Origin: Camelus dromedarius
Lineage: Eukaryota
DNA length: 64,000 nt
Direction of reading: 5' to 3'
Assembly (NCBI RefSeq): GCF_036321535.1
Contig: NC_087437.1
Span: forward strand, 47,494,001 to 47,558,000
Shown: piece after piece, positions 39,026-51,746 of the stretch
Layout: each line of letters starts with the position of its first letter
Numbering within the stretch: the stretch's first letter is position 1
Notes under the pieces: generated by a model
Database searches by the model: none
What the model was told of the DNA's origin: nothing
Seen by the model: only the letters and a program-made list of their open reading frames with translations
Translations under genes and position numbers: made by a program

Positions 39026-40199
39026 AGATAACAAAGGTGAGCATTCTGTCCTTCTGACCTTCATTTATAAACATATATGAATGATTGTTTTTCCTCTCTT
39101 TTTCATCACTTATCGCTTCATGTTAATTTCCAGCATCTTGTAGAAAGCAATTGCTTAATGAATGCTTGTTGAGCTAGAAACAGATCAGTGTTCCATGTGA
39201 GAACTTTTTAGGGTCTGATAGTGATACAGAAGATGGCAAAGAAAAAAAAAAAAAAGGGATGAATTTGAGGGCAGGTTTAGTGGCTGGAAGTGACATCATG
39301 TAAGAGGAGTTGAGAACTCCAGAGGTTCTAACCTTGCAGATTGAGAGTGGTGATGTCGTGAAAAATGCCCACATTTGACTAATGAGCAGAGTAAGAGCGA
39401 CCAACAAAAGAAGCAATTTAAGGAGGCCAGGAAAATATCACAGAAAGATTATTTTGACTTTTTATTAGGATAATTTGGGGGGAACTTTAAATCATTTATA
39501 AAATCAATAGTCCCTTACCCTGGTAATTTTAACCCTTTAATTTTGAATGTATTTTACGATGAGATATAGCATATGAACCTGAGAACCTCTTGACGTTTAA
39601 CCTTGTAGAAATGTCCACTTTTAGAATGGTCTCATATATATTATAGTGACTTTGTAATACATGCGCAAATAGTAAGAGAGAGAGAGAGGATGTGTGAGTG
39701 TGCACATGTGTATATGTGTCCGTATTTTGTCCTGGGAAAATGACATCCTAACAAAAGAACAGTTCTGAAAATAGCTAAAGTAAAGGTTGTTTTTCTGTCA
39801 CCACAAAGCAGATATGGAGAGTAGTGAAAGCAGACAGATGGACAGTTCTGCCAGTTTTGGACTGTTCTAATAGAGAAAAGAAACATTCTGTTCCTTTTAC
39901 TCAGAAAATGAATTTCTAGGCTAAATTACTGGTTTCAGTAATAAATTTCCTATTCTGACCAAAGAAACATAATTTTTTTTACCCTAGGGATAATGACTCA
40001 TGCTCTTTTCAGAATTTTGCTTTTGTGGAAACTAAACTGCAGTCATATATATGGCACTGTTATTTGGATCTTAGTGTTAATGATACTATTATAAGTAGAC
40101 TAGTGATGGGTAAGAACACTAGTATTGTAAGGCCAGTTTAACAAAGGAACCAAGCACAGGTTTTAATTAGTTGATTCCTGGAGATATAAAAGTAGATTT

Positions 40200-40322
40200 G
40201 TTTGTTTGTTTATTTTCTTTTCCTTCCTTTTGCTTCTTTTTTAAATGGAGGTACTAGGGATTGAACCCAGGACCTTGTGCATGCTAAGCATGCGCTTTAC
40301 CACTGAGCTATATCCTCCCTTC
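40200..40322 (-). mobile_element. tRNA-derived SINE (Vic-1-like)
   Basis: Reverse tRNA head; perfect TSD AAAAGTAGATTT at 40188-40199 and 40323-40334. Confidence 0.88.
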
Positions 40323-42536
40323 AAAAGTAGATTTAAAAAAAAAAAAGAATAAGCTAATTGTTGTGATTTTGTTTATTATGCTATAAAAATAGAGCCCATA
40401 CTTTTAATCTTTTTAGAAAAAGATATTTCATTGTTTTGAGGACTTTGTGACAGAAGATGAATTTCTGACTTCCAAAAGAGACAGTAGAGATACTTTAAAT
40501 AATTTTTTTCTGCCTATTTTTTTCTTATACCATTCAAAATTGGTTGAGACTACCAAATTATAATTGCATAGGCCATAAAGCAACTATTAAATAACAGAGA
40601 TTATTAGTATTGACTACATGAAGTTAAACGTCTGTGTTCCAGTTTTAGTTTAACCTTAATCTTGCAATTTAAGAAATAGAGATTTAAATGTACTCCTTAT
40701 CTAATAGATGCTCTCATGCTGAATTTTCATCGCATCAAGATTGTCCATCAGTGTATCCATTCCTATAATAACCATTATTGGACACAAAACACACAAAAGT
40801 ATGTGTTAATGTCCCCCACAATGTCTCTTCAACCTAGAAATTTCTCTTATCTCTTCGCTTTAATCTTTGCAATCATTCCCTTTCTTGAGGTACTGCTTCC
40901 TAGTGAAGGTTTAGAATTTTAGCTCTTTAAGGTTGCTTTTTCAAACCTTCTTTTCTATTTCCCTCTGTGCATTTATTTTAATTTCAGCAAAATTAACTAA
41001 TGAATCATTATGGGTGAAGCAGTTTGGGGGATAATAATTTAATGACTTATGTTAAATAACCAGTTTAAAAGTTTTTGTCAGTCATTACATATTAAGGAAG
41101 CACTAAACTTACTGAATTATTATAATGTAATTTATTGTTTAACTGATTGCCTTCGATGGCCAACTGATGATATATTTGCACCAATGAATAAAAATGAAAA
41201 TATTCTACAGACTGATCACTTATGTTGATGTTTATACAGCTACACTGGTTTCAGTTTGTCATTCTCATTGCTCTAATTTTTAAGGTATGGTAACTGTCAT
41301 TTCCCACATACTTGGTACATTGTGCTGTATCAAGTCTAAGTGAATAGTAAATATTTGAAAGGACAAAGTGAAACGTATCTACTAATATTTCTCTTCCATC
41401 ATTAAATGGATTCTGAAGTATCTTATCCATATTGTGTTGGCTAAAAACACTGAGTTTTTTTAAAAAGTACCTGTGCTTACATGACTGCATTGTTGCTGTC
41501 ATTTGTAGGACTGCTGCTTTCACAGCTGGGCTAGGCGATGCTTTTGCTGAAATTAAGCTACCATCTCTCTGATTCCACTTCTGGGAGATTTGTATTCCTT
41601 TGCTTGCCAGGCAGCTATCCTGCATTACTCCAAATTTTGCTTCTTTATTGAAGTAGTACTGCTTTTACCAGAGAGCAAATACTGAAGTGTGATAAATCAC
41701 TATTAAAGTTGATCAATAATTGCTTGCAATGGAATTTTTCACCATTATTTGTGTAATACTAAAGCATTCTGTTATTGCCAGAAAATGGAGCAGATATCAG
41801 AATATAATGTTATTGTTTGGTCTTTATCATTGAAAAAGCAAATTTTAAAAATCAAGTTTCTACTATATTTCACGTCTTTCATCTAGTGTCGTTGCATCCC
41901 TCTTGAAGTGTAGTGTTACCTGTAGATAGAGTTGGGTGGTATTCACTGAACAAATAACATAGTATCTTAAATTCATTAGAGTATAGTTTGAAGAAAATGG
42001 AACATATTTGCAAGTAGCTCTTTATAGGTTTATTTAAGTTCAGTAAAACTTGGGACTACTTGTTTTGGCCAATAAATTTGGCATGTGAAATGAGCAGATT
42101 AAGAATAGACATTATGTGATCATCTTAAGTGAAATGTAGTGAAATAAAATTTCAATGCCCTATGTATGCTATGCTTTGTATCTGTTGTAAAAATGTCAGT
42201 AATATATCAAAAGATACAGTATAAGAGAAAGAATACTTGAAGAGATTACAATAATGGCTTCTAAGAAAGGAAATCAGTTCAAGGACAAAGTCTGAGATTG
42301 TGGTATTGGGGCAAAAGGATAATAGCAAGGTTAAGTAAATAAACAAAAATTTCAGGGATCTACATATTGATGTGATAACCAGACTTACTCAGTACATCTT
42401 CAGCCAGATTTATAAGTACTTTGTAAAACTAAAATATGTTTTCATGACACTGTATTACACTGATGCTTAATTTTATGGGATGAATGAAACTAAAGGCAAC
42501 GTCCTCCTAGTATTTTTGGTAAAAGTTCATTGGATA

Positions 42537-42643
42537 GTACCTGTTTCCACAGAATATACTACTAAAATTAGAATGGCAACAGAAGACTAGCATGGTCCCT
42601 GTGTAAGGTTGATACACACATTCAAGACATACTCCATATTTTT
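42537..42643 (+). pseudogene. Diverged full-length U6 snRNA pseudogene
   Basis: TACTAAAATTAGAA...ACAGAAGACTAGCATGGTCCCTGTGTAAGGTTGATACAC...TCCATATTTTT is colinear with U6 over ~107 nt; the ACAGAGA box is disrupted. Confidence 0.85.
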
Positions 42644-45600
42644 AAATTAACATTTTTCTTTGATTCGCTTACCAGCAGGCTGTTTTCCTGCTGCAAAGCA
42701 AATTGATGAAGTCCATTTGCACTTTCTCCTTAATTCCTCAGTATTGGCAAAATCACTACCATGATCATTGCAGCACAGTCCAGATCTTATTATTCGATTT
42801 TGAAAATATTGTCCTTGCAACAACCAGTTACAGCAATGATATATAAATATCTGCTTTGTTCATTATTTGTGCATGGTAGTATGTAATCATAGGCACAGAT
42901 ATGGTAGTTGCAGCTTTATGACACTTGTCCTCAGGAAATAGGGAAATGTATAGGAGACCACAGATATAATGAAGCTTTATAATTGGCCCCTCATTCTCTC
43001 TCCCAGATCAATTTGGCCTTTGGTAGATAGTACAAATCTATTAAATCTGGAATATTGAGTTGGTCAAAAATGAAAATAATACTCCAAAGCAAAGAGACTT
43101 TTTATGAAATATATCTGGATGCAGTTAGGGGAATATTTCAAGTCTGCTAATACCCCCAATCAAAGTTGCTAGCTCCAACTTTATTGGTCCGAATTAGAGT
43201 GAAAATTTACTATTTTGGTATTTGAGGTTTTTTTTTTTTTCTTTGTGGATATTAACTGCCTGTTCTGTGCAAGGAAGATAGAGCAACTCATTCTACTGAG
43301 AAACCTGTAGCTGACCCAAGGTTCACTTTGTTTATAATGGGAGCATAAGGTTTGTTATGCAAGACTCATCTTTTCATCATTGTCAGGAAAGACCATAAGG
43401 TTAATCAGTGGGGTGCAGACAAGTTTCAATACATCCAGACACTAGAGGGGTACCACCAGAAGGAATACTAATTGCCTAGGAGTCCCTAAATTATGTCTTC
43501 ATCCTGTGGCATAAGGAAATAAGGTAGCTATTCATTCTTGATAAAGAGAGGAAAAGACAAAAGAGGAACAGTGTGAAGCAAAAGTTCCTCCACCCTCCGC
43601 ATAATAGCAGGAAAACTTGAAAGAACACTGTTGAGGTATTCAAAGCTATGGAAAGGCTTATGAAGGCATTATACATATTCCAGAAAGAAACAAAAATGAA
43701 AGAGGGAAAAGCCATTTGATAAACTGCAAAGAAAGAAGTTCTCATTTGTGAATGACTTACGGAAATATCTTGCCTTCAGCTTGTTACGGGTCTTTAAAAG
43801 AATCAAGTTGAGTGAGCTAGAAGGCTCGTTTCTAGTGTTACCTTTTTCTAGATGTTTCTGATTTAATTAAGATGTTTAATCTAAATATTCTTAAATTCTT
43901 TAATGAATTTATCTAGATGGGCCCTGGATGATGTACTCTTTTGTCCTTCTTTCTCCTTAGATCACTAGGAAATGACTATTTTCCAGATCAGCCAAGTCCA
44001 GGATAGTTGTTAGCTTCAGTAGGATAAGAAAGAGTGAAGTTATTTTTTGTGAAGCCCCCAGGCTTTTGAAAGAAAAAGAGGGGAGAGTTAATTTTAATAC
44101 TGACTTTAAGCTGAAAAGTAGAGCCCTTTTATACTTTGTTAAGTGAACACATCAATCACGAAAGAAACAGTGTGGTTGGCATCATCCATCTAATTCCAAG
44201 TACTAAATAGATTTTCATCCTGAAACATATGGGACATGAGCCTCATTTGTAAAGGGGAATTGAAAAGGACAGTGAGCCCTGTTTTTTGGTTAATAATAAG
44301 TTTGGTTATAAACTTTCATTTATTGCAAAAGATTAAGCTTTAGGAACCTATTCTCATAACATTCTGTGGGAGCTAAAATTTTTGCTTAGCAGAAAATTGG
44401 AGTAACATTTCAAGAACCCCTCCATATTTTGCATTTCCTTATAGTAGGCCATGCTTCCTTGCTGGGCTGATCTCTTCACTGATCTCATATTGGTTAAATT
44501 TTCATGGAGGCAATTGGGTGCATAATTAGGCTTCTGTTTTCACTGTTGTGAAGTATACTCTTGGCCCTTAAATGTAGATGCAGCTGCCAAATTTAAATAC
44601 CTTAGGGTTGTTTCTCTCTTTGTATAAAAGATACTACTTTGTAACCGTTTTACTAGGAGTATCTTTTTTCTTATTAAAAAAAAATTACCCTCTACATTAT
44701 ACCAAATTTCCTTTAAGTATTGCTTCAGTGAACTAATAAACAGTATCTTACTAGAGGGACATGAGCTTTGCTGTTGGATTTTGGCCCAGAAAGATCACTC
44801 CTGCTTATTTCTGATCAATCCAAATATGATTAAAAGGCATTTATTTTAACAAGAAGAGAAAATCAGTAGTGTGGTCTGTTTCATTCCCCTTTACTTCTTG
44901 CTTTTCCTCATTGGTCATTTTTTTTTTTTCAGTCCAAAGAGCCAAAAATATTTTTTACCATGACTTTGCGTTTCTACTGCTATTACTCATGGCAGTATCC
45001 CCCTTTTTCTTTAAAAGAAAACCAATATAATCTCATGTATAAACTTAAAAGTAGATTTTATAAATTATGTATAGCATTATTCTAAAACAGGAATTTTTGT
45101 ATGTATTTCCATCTGCTTTTTTCTTAAGTGTTTTGTTGACTTGTATTTGATTATTTTCTATTGTGTTTTATCATTGTTGAAATATATCAGAAGACCATTT
45201 GATTTTATGCTCTGCTGAGAGTGTACAGACTGAATTAAAGATATAGGCCTCATCCTTTAGGAATTTTTTGTTTTAGTAAGAATAACAGAGACAAATATAA
45301 AGATGAAGACAGACATCTGTACAGATATGAAACACAACAATAAAAAATATTTTTATTGCATCAGAATTTTTTGAAATAATTTTTTAAAATATCTTTTAAA
45401 AGTATCTGTCATCTCCTTACAGTAGGCCCGAAACAATAAAGTTCTGTCCCTTTCTGGACACATAAATCTAGATAGCATTGATCCAGTAGGTAAGAGAGAG
45501 GGAACCTTCATTGAATTTTTACCCTCTAAGCACTGTGCTAAGGATTTTTTTTACATGTATTATCTTATTTAATTCTTACAACATCACTGTGAGGTAATAA

Positions 45601-48600
45601 CTTTTTATTCAACTTATGCAAATATGGGAACTGCCTGAAATTTCCTCTCCTGAAGAAGTCTTAAAAATTGCAGAATTCTCCATAGGATCAGTAGAGCTGA
45701 GGATGATGGAGCAGTGATCTGAACCAAAGAAAACACTCTGGTTAGACCATTTGTACTCTGCTGTTAGAACAAGACTGTTTTCATATATGTTGTTCTCTTT
45801 GCTGCTAAATACTGAATTATTTAGTATGGAACTAAAAACTGTGGAGGTTTCTATAACATTTTAAGGTCCCTTGTATTCATCTGCTGCACGTGTTAAGATG
45901 TTAAAGCTTAAGTCACTGGGTAGATCCTCTTTACGGAATGATTGGCTTTACTCTTTGGACAAAAAGAGGCACCCTTGATGCTGTCCACTTGTCTTACCAA
46001 TGCATGCTGTTAGTCACAAGGTGGCCTGGTTAATAAAGAGGAATCAAAGAATTAGAATTTACTACTCTTTTCTACAACTAGAAAAACAAGGCAAAGTATT
46101 AATGTATATTTTTATTTGAGGTATTAACCATTCTTTTAATTCTATGTTTTAAAGTCATAATTTACCAAATACTGCCATCTTGGTCTGAAAAAGTAAATGG
46201 GATTTCTAGAGTTACCTGATTTACAGTTTACTTCTGACTGCCTGCTGCTTGTTTTATGTGAAGCTATGATAATCTGCCTTGACTCCTCACAAAGAGGAGA
46301 AAAATACTTCCTGGAAACGAAGTAACTATGGAATCATTTGTCCTATTAAATTATGTGATATTATGAAATATCTCTTACTGTATTTTCTACATTGTTGAAC
46401 TATATTTGCCTTTCCTCATAATCCTATCATTCTAATCTTCACCTCTGCCTATTAATATTTGGTCCTCTTTTAAGCTGAGATTTTTAAGAAATTTTAATTT
46501 ATCCTGTCATGCACTAAAATTTGAATTTTTAAAGTTCAAATTGGGGGAATTAGTAACTATATTTTTATATTTGGTATGTTTTCTTTATCTATATAAACTA
46601 TGGAAATTAAATTTGTAATTTATTTAATAATCTGAGATCTATATTTCACTTTATTAATTGGTCTTACGTTTGCTTACCACATTTGATTCCGCTACTTATA
46701 CTGGGTTCTTTTAACCCACCTAAATACTCCTTGTTTACATTTGTTGATAATCAAAAGTCTACATGGTGTAGACCATAATTGTTTGTCACTGTTTTTAAAA
46801 ATCCGTTAGTGAGACCCTTCCTAAGCCCATCTATGGACCTCATGTTAGGGAACCTTTATCTTAAATAATGCATTGTCTCTGAAATGTATTTTCATAACAC
46901 CTTTTTTATAGCACTATGAATTTAATAGTGAAAATTAATTTCATCCCCTACTAAAGGAATTTGAATTTTCTATATCCTAGTGGTAAGAACTTGATTTTCC
47001 AACCTGAAGTTGTTAAGGTCTGTCTGAATCACTAAAAGAGTGAGTTAAATCTGTTTTCTGATGGTTTGCTTCTAAAGGTCAGTGAAGGACAGCACTGAAA
47101 GAAATGAATAACACGCATCCTTCCAGAGCTAGTGTATTTTACAGCTGTCCCTTTGGACTCACTCCAACAACAGCTCATTGACTCCTAGAGGAAGAGAATT
47201 TTAGAGGTCTTAACTGGGGATCAGAAAAATTGTACTGAAAGACACTTGCTTCCCGTGTATAACCACTGCAGTGAAATTCATTTGAAATTATGCTTCTTAT
47301 CCCTCAAATACAGTTAGTCTCAATGCTTTTGATTTTCCTTTGTAGCATATCTTCATTCATCTCCTTCTTGCTTATTACTCTTGCTACCTCTCTTTGTTTA
47401 GGCCCTTGTATCATTTTCCCTGGGATAATTTCAACAGATTAGTTTTCCTACCTACTCATTTATCTTCTAGGACTGTAGTGACCCAAATAAAGACCCTATC
47501 CTGGAAAAGTTCACAGCCTAGCAGGAAGTCAAACATGGATGTAGATAATTTTGGTAAGAGTGTATTAAGGTACAATTTTAGAAATACATATAAGAGGCTG
47601 GGTAACATCAAGAAAGGGAGTAATTAACTCTGGAAATAAATATTAAAGAGTAATCAGACCATAGAATTATTAACTGAGATTTAATCATGTTATTTCTGTA
47701 GCAAGTGTAGAGGCAAGTTTTTGTTCTAATGTTCTAAATCAGACTAAAGATTAATTTGTAATAAAAAAAAACAGAAAAGCTTATTTTCTAGGTAATGAGC
47801 AAATAGATACAATTGAAATGCGACTTTGGCAGCTGAGTTAGCCACAAAACTAATGTTTTCCTGTTGACCTGTCTGAGAATAAGGGTGGAAAATATCTTGT
47901 CAATATATATCTAAATATACACATTTGTAAATGTATCATTAGATAATATTTATTAAATGTATCAGTTAAATAAAAAATAAGTGTTTATAAAACCTTTGGT
48001 CATTCAACAGACATTTATTACAGCTTCCATATTTGTGAACATAGATATCTAGAAAATACAAGGTGCTTATTTTAGCAAATCGTGGCCGTTTGAAGTGATT
48101 AAGCTACAAGGGACTCAGTATAGATATTCCCTAAATTTGCAAGTGTATACTTCAAAATAGCAAGTCATAAAATGTCTCTGCTGTCTTAGGCTGTATTTAT
48201 AGAGACTTATAATCCACACTGAAGTAATAGTTTTCTGTACTCTGCCTTGGTGATACTGACTCCAGAGTATTGTACTAGATTTTGGTTGCTGCATTTTGAA
48301 ATGAATATTAGCAAAAGAACACATCCAGTAATGGCAAAGAAGATGACAATAAACTATCTCACCTGAATCATGGTTAAAGGAATTGGGGGTAAAAAGGCCT
48401 CTGGAAAATTGTGATTGCTATCAATATGTGAAAAAAACAGATGGCAGAACTGTTGGAATGAAGTAGGTTAGGAATAGCAACCTTTAGGGATAACTTTAGA
48501 AGTGCTTCACAAAAACTTCTGTATCAGGTACTGAGCTCCCAACACTGAAAATACCTAATTAAGTGACTTACATGAGATACTTTACTATTTCAAGATTTTA

Positions 48601-48771
48601 ACTTCACCGGCTTCAAATTAATGCCTCTGTTTTTGTTTCCAGAGGACTTAGATTGAAATTGTAGGATTGTGGTTGCAAAGGCAGGATTGGGGGTGACTTA
48701 TTAGCCAGTGTGCATTTAGAAAATTCTCCACTTTATATCAAGTAATTCTTATGCCCTTTAGGGCCAAACTT

Positions 48772-48988
48772 CAGGGTCAGCAATCTTTTTCTGTAAGAGG
48801 CCAGATAGTAAATATTTTAGGTTTTGCAGGCCACATGGTCTCTATAGTATCTGCTCAACTCTACTGTTGTAAAAACATCACTGACAATATGTAAACACAA
48901 TTTATTGGCTGTGTTCCCATTAAACTTTATTTATAAAAGCAGGTGGTGAGCTGGACTTGGCCTGTGGGCCACAGTTTGACAACCCTTG
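48772..48988. mobile_element. MER58A-like hAT-Charlie MITE
   Basis: CAGGGTCAGCAA...AGTTTGACAACCCTTG TIRs; internal GGCCAGATAGTAAATATTTTAGG. Confidence 0.8.
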
Positions 48989-51267
48989 CCTTAAATGATG
49001 AAATCTGGAAATATCATTCTAATATAGGTGAAGAAAGGCTTGCAATTCAGGAGTTAAAAAACAAATTGTCAAGATATCATGGTGTTCTTGGGCTGAAAGA
49101 GTGCACAATCAAATGTTCAAAATACTGAATTGCCCAATGAGTTACCCAACGAATTAAGAAACCTTTCTCTATACAAGTCAAGTGACAGTGGCAAGTCTGA
49201 GACTATTTTCTGTTCATTTCTGCTGCATATTTTGTCCTTAAAGGTGTTTACTCCTGAGCAATGCCGTCTACCACTTGTGGACTACTAATGCAGAGCCAAC
49301 CCTTACAAAGACATAAATGCAGGTTCAGGCTTTCTGAGAACCAAGATTTTCAGTGCCTCCTACCCAAACACAGAAATTTTTAACAGTAATTTTAATACTA
49401 GAACAAGGAAATAAACAGAAAAATCTGTGATCAGCAAAGAATCTGTTTCATATTTTGTGCTTCTAACCTCATAAAGCAAAGGTTCTCATACCATCATTTG
49501 ATCTGTTGGCCTTTAGTTTATCAACTGTTAGAAAATGATGGTCAAGTGTTGATGCTGACTAGAAATGAGTAACAGGAGAATAGGAGACTACTCTCACCAG
49601 GCAGTCTGGCCACAGAGAATAAGTGACCACTGACTGCTAGAAAACAAGGGGATGGGGAGCATTTTTAAAAGCACTGTCTCCAAAACCACTGTCTTTGGTT
49701 TTAGGGCCAAAAATACTCTCAGACTCCTCAGTGATACTGAAAAGCTTTGCTATAATGTGTTTTACAAAACCAGTGATTGGTTTTATAATGAGGGCTGCAA
49801 TTTATCAAGAAGGATACATTGTGAAATATATATATATATATATATATACTCTTTTAAGAAAACAGGACTGCTTCAGTTGAAATAACATTATTAGGTATAT
49901 TAAAAATTAGGTAAGATTAGAAAGCAAAACCAATTTATTTCCTAAGCATTCTGAATAGTTATGATTTGTCATTATGCGACTATTTAGTCCTTGTGTTATG
50001 AACTCAAAAACCAAATAGAGTAGTTCCTTGACTCTTAAAGTGTTTTATTTTTAGCAAATATATTTTTGTCACTTCACATCTCCAAACTGCATAGATTCAT
50101 ATTGAAAATATTAATTTTATATTGATTTATTCCCCTCTACTGCTTTTCAAATAAGTTCTTTTTCTTTGTAAATAGATGCATTTAAGTTTGGATAATTCTA
50201 CCTTCTTTATCAACATCTAATTTTTTCCATAGTGTAAAGTCCCTTTTATTTAAAATATTATGTATTCTGATTTCTCAACATTAGGGATTATTTTCCAAAT
50301 TTGGGAAAATTAAGTTTCTACACCTTGATTTAATGTTTCCTTGATTATATCCTATATTTGAAAAGCAAATTTTTAAAGAAATCTGAATCTAAAAATCATG
50401 AAAAAAATGTCATGTCATTCTTTTGTTCAAAATGCTCCAGAGACTCCCTTTTACTTAAGAGTGTACTACATAAAATTCGAATTCCTTAACATGTCTGCCC
50501 ACCTTTCTGACACCCTACGTATTGCCATGCACTGCATACTCAGGTAATAAAAAACAACTTATATTGTTGGTAATGGGCCTCATTCTTTCATGGTCTGTGA
50601 CTTTGCACACATAATCTTGTGGCAATCTAAAACAGCCTCCCATTTAGCTCTCCCATGTCCAAGCCATCCCTTCTCTGCAAAACCCCTGCTTATCTGTAAT
50701 ACTCTGTTTAAACTTTACCTCTCTCATGCCTTCCCTAGCCGCCTCAGGCAGTTGGGAGATTTCCTGTGACTTTTCCAAGGTTCATATTGTGTTAGAACAG
50801 TTTTCCATTGTTAAAGTTTTTCTTGCATCTTGTCTTTCCCCAATAAACTCAACAACCAAAGAGAAAGTGTCTATTTACCATCGTTATCATACTATTTATT
50901 TAACCTAGAACCTGGCAAAAGCAGGTATTTCTCCCAATAAGGGGGTTACTAAGGGTTCCTCTCTCTCAAGCTATAGATAACTGTACCAGTTAAATAGGGA
51001 TATTATGAGTCTGGGAAACTAGAAGTACCAGCATCTGAGCCACTCATACTATTCCAAACTCATCTGTGAGCCTTGCAGTACCAGTACTACCTTCACATTT
51101 CAGCACTTGACGCTGGCACTACTTTATGAAGCTTCTTACTTACTTGCCTCCCTCTGTAAAGAACTCAAACTCTTTTTTCCCCATCCCTAACTAATGCCAG
51201 TCCTGAATAATTCTTAATAGCTTGAAAAGATAATGTGGGTATACTTACTAGGTTTGTTAATAGTATG

Positions 51268-51510
51268 TAACATTTATTGAGTGCTTACTGTGTGCCAGTC
51301 TCTTTGTTTACAAGTTTTTCTTTTATTACTTCATCTAATACAGCAGGTCTGATGAAGTATATGCCATTATCCCAACTTAACAATTTGGGACAGGGCAGCT
51401 GGGTGAGATACAAGGTTTGATAAGGTGAATTAAACTGCTCAAGACCATACAACTATTAACTGAGGAAGACAGAATTTCAATCCAGTGTATCTTCAGAGCT
51501 CATTCTTTTG
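51268..51510 (-). mobile_element. MIR SINE
   Basis: AACATTTATTGAGTGCTTACTGTGTGCCAG is the reverse MIR 3' end. Confidence 0.65.
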
Positions 51511-51551
51511 TTCACCACCAGTGAATATTCCCGCCATACCTGAAGCCCAAA

Positions 51552-51746
51552 TAGTAGCATGGCTATAATGTGCACTTTAAAAGCATCTAGACCTGAATTC
51601 AAAATCCGTATCTAACATTTACTGGTGGTAAATAACTTTACTTCTCTGACCTTTGGTTTTCTTATATGTAGAATGGTAATACTACCCCAAATGATTATTA
51701 CTTGACTAAGGTGCGTGATACGTACTAAACAGTAAGTGTTAGCTCC
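51552..51746 (+). mobile_element. MIR SINE
   Basis: TAGACCTGAATTCAAAATCC...CTCTGACCTTTGGTTTTCTTATATGTAGAATGG. Confidence 0.6.

Noticed and set aside
41251..41625. 124-aa minus-strand ORF in unique intron sequence
   Set aside because: No recognisable domain; length is plausible by chance in 64 kb
51268..51746. Inverted MIR pair as a dsRNA or editing substrate
   Set aside because: The copies are too diverged for extended pairing by eye
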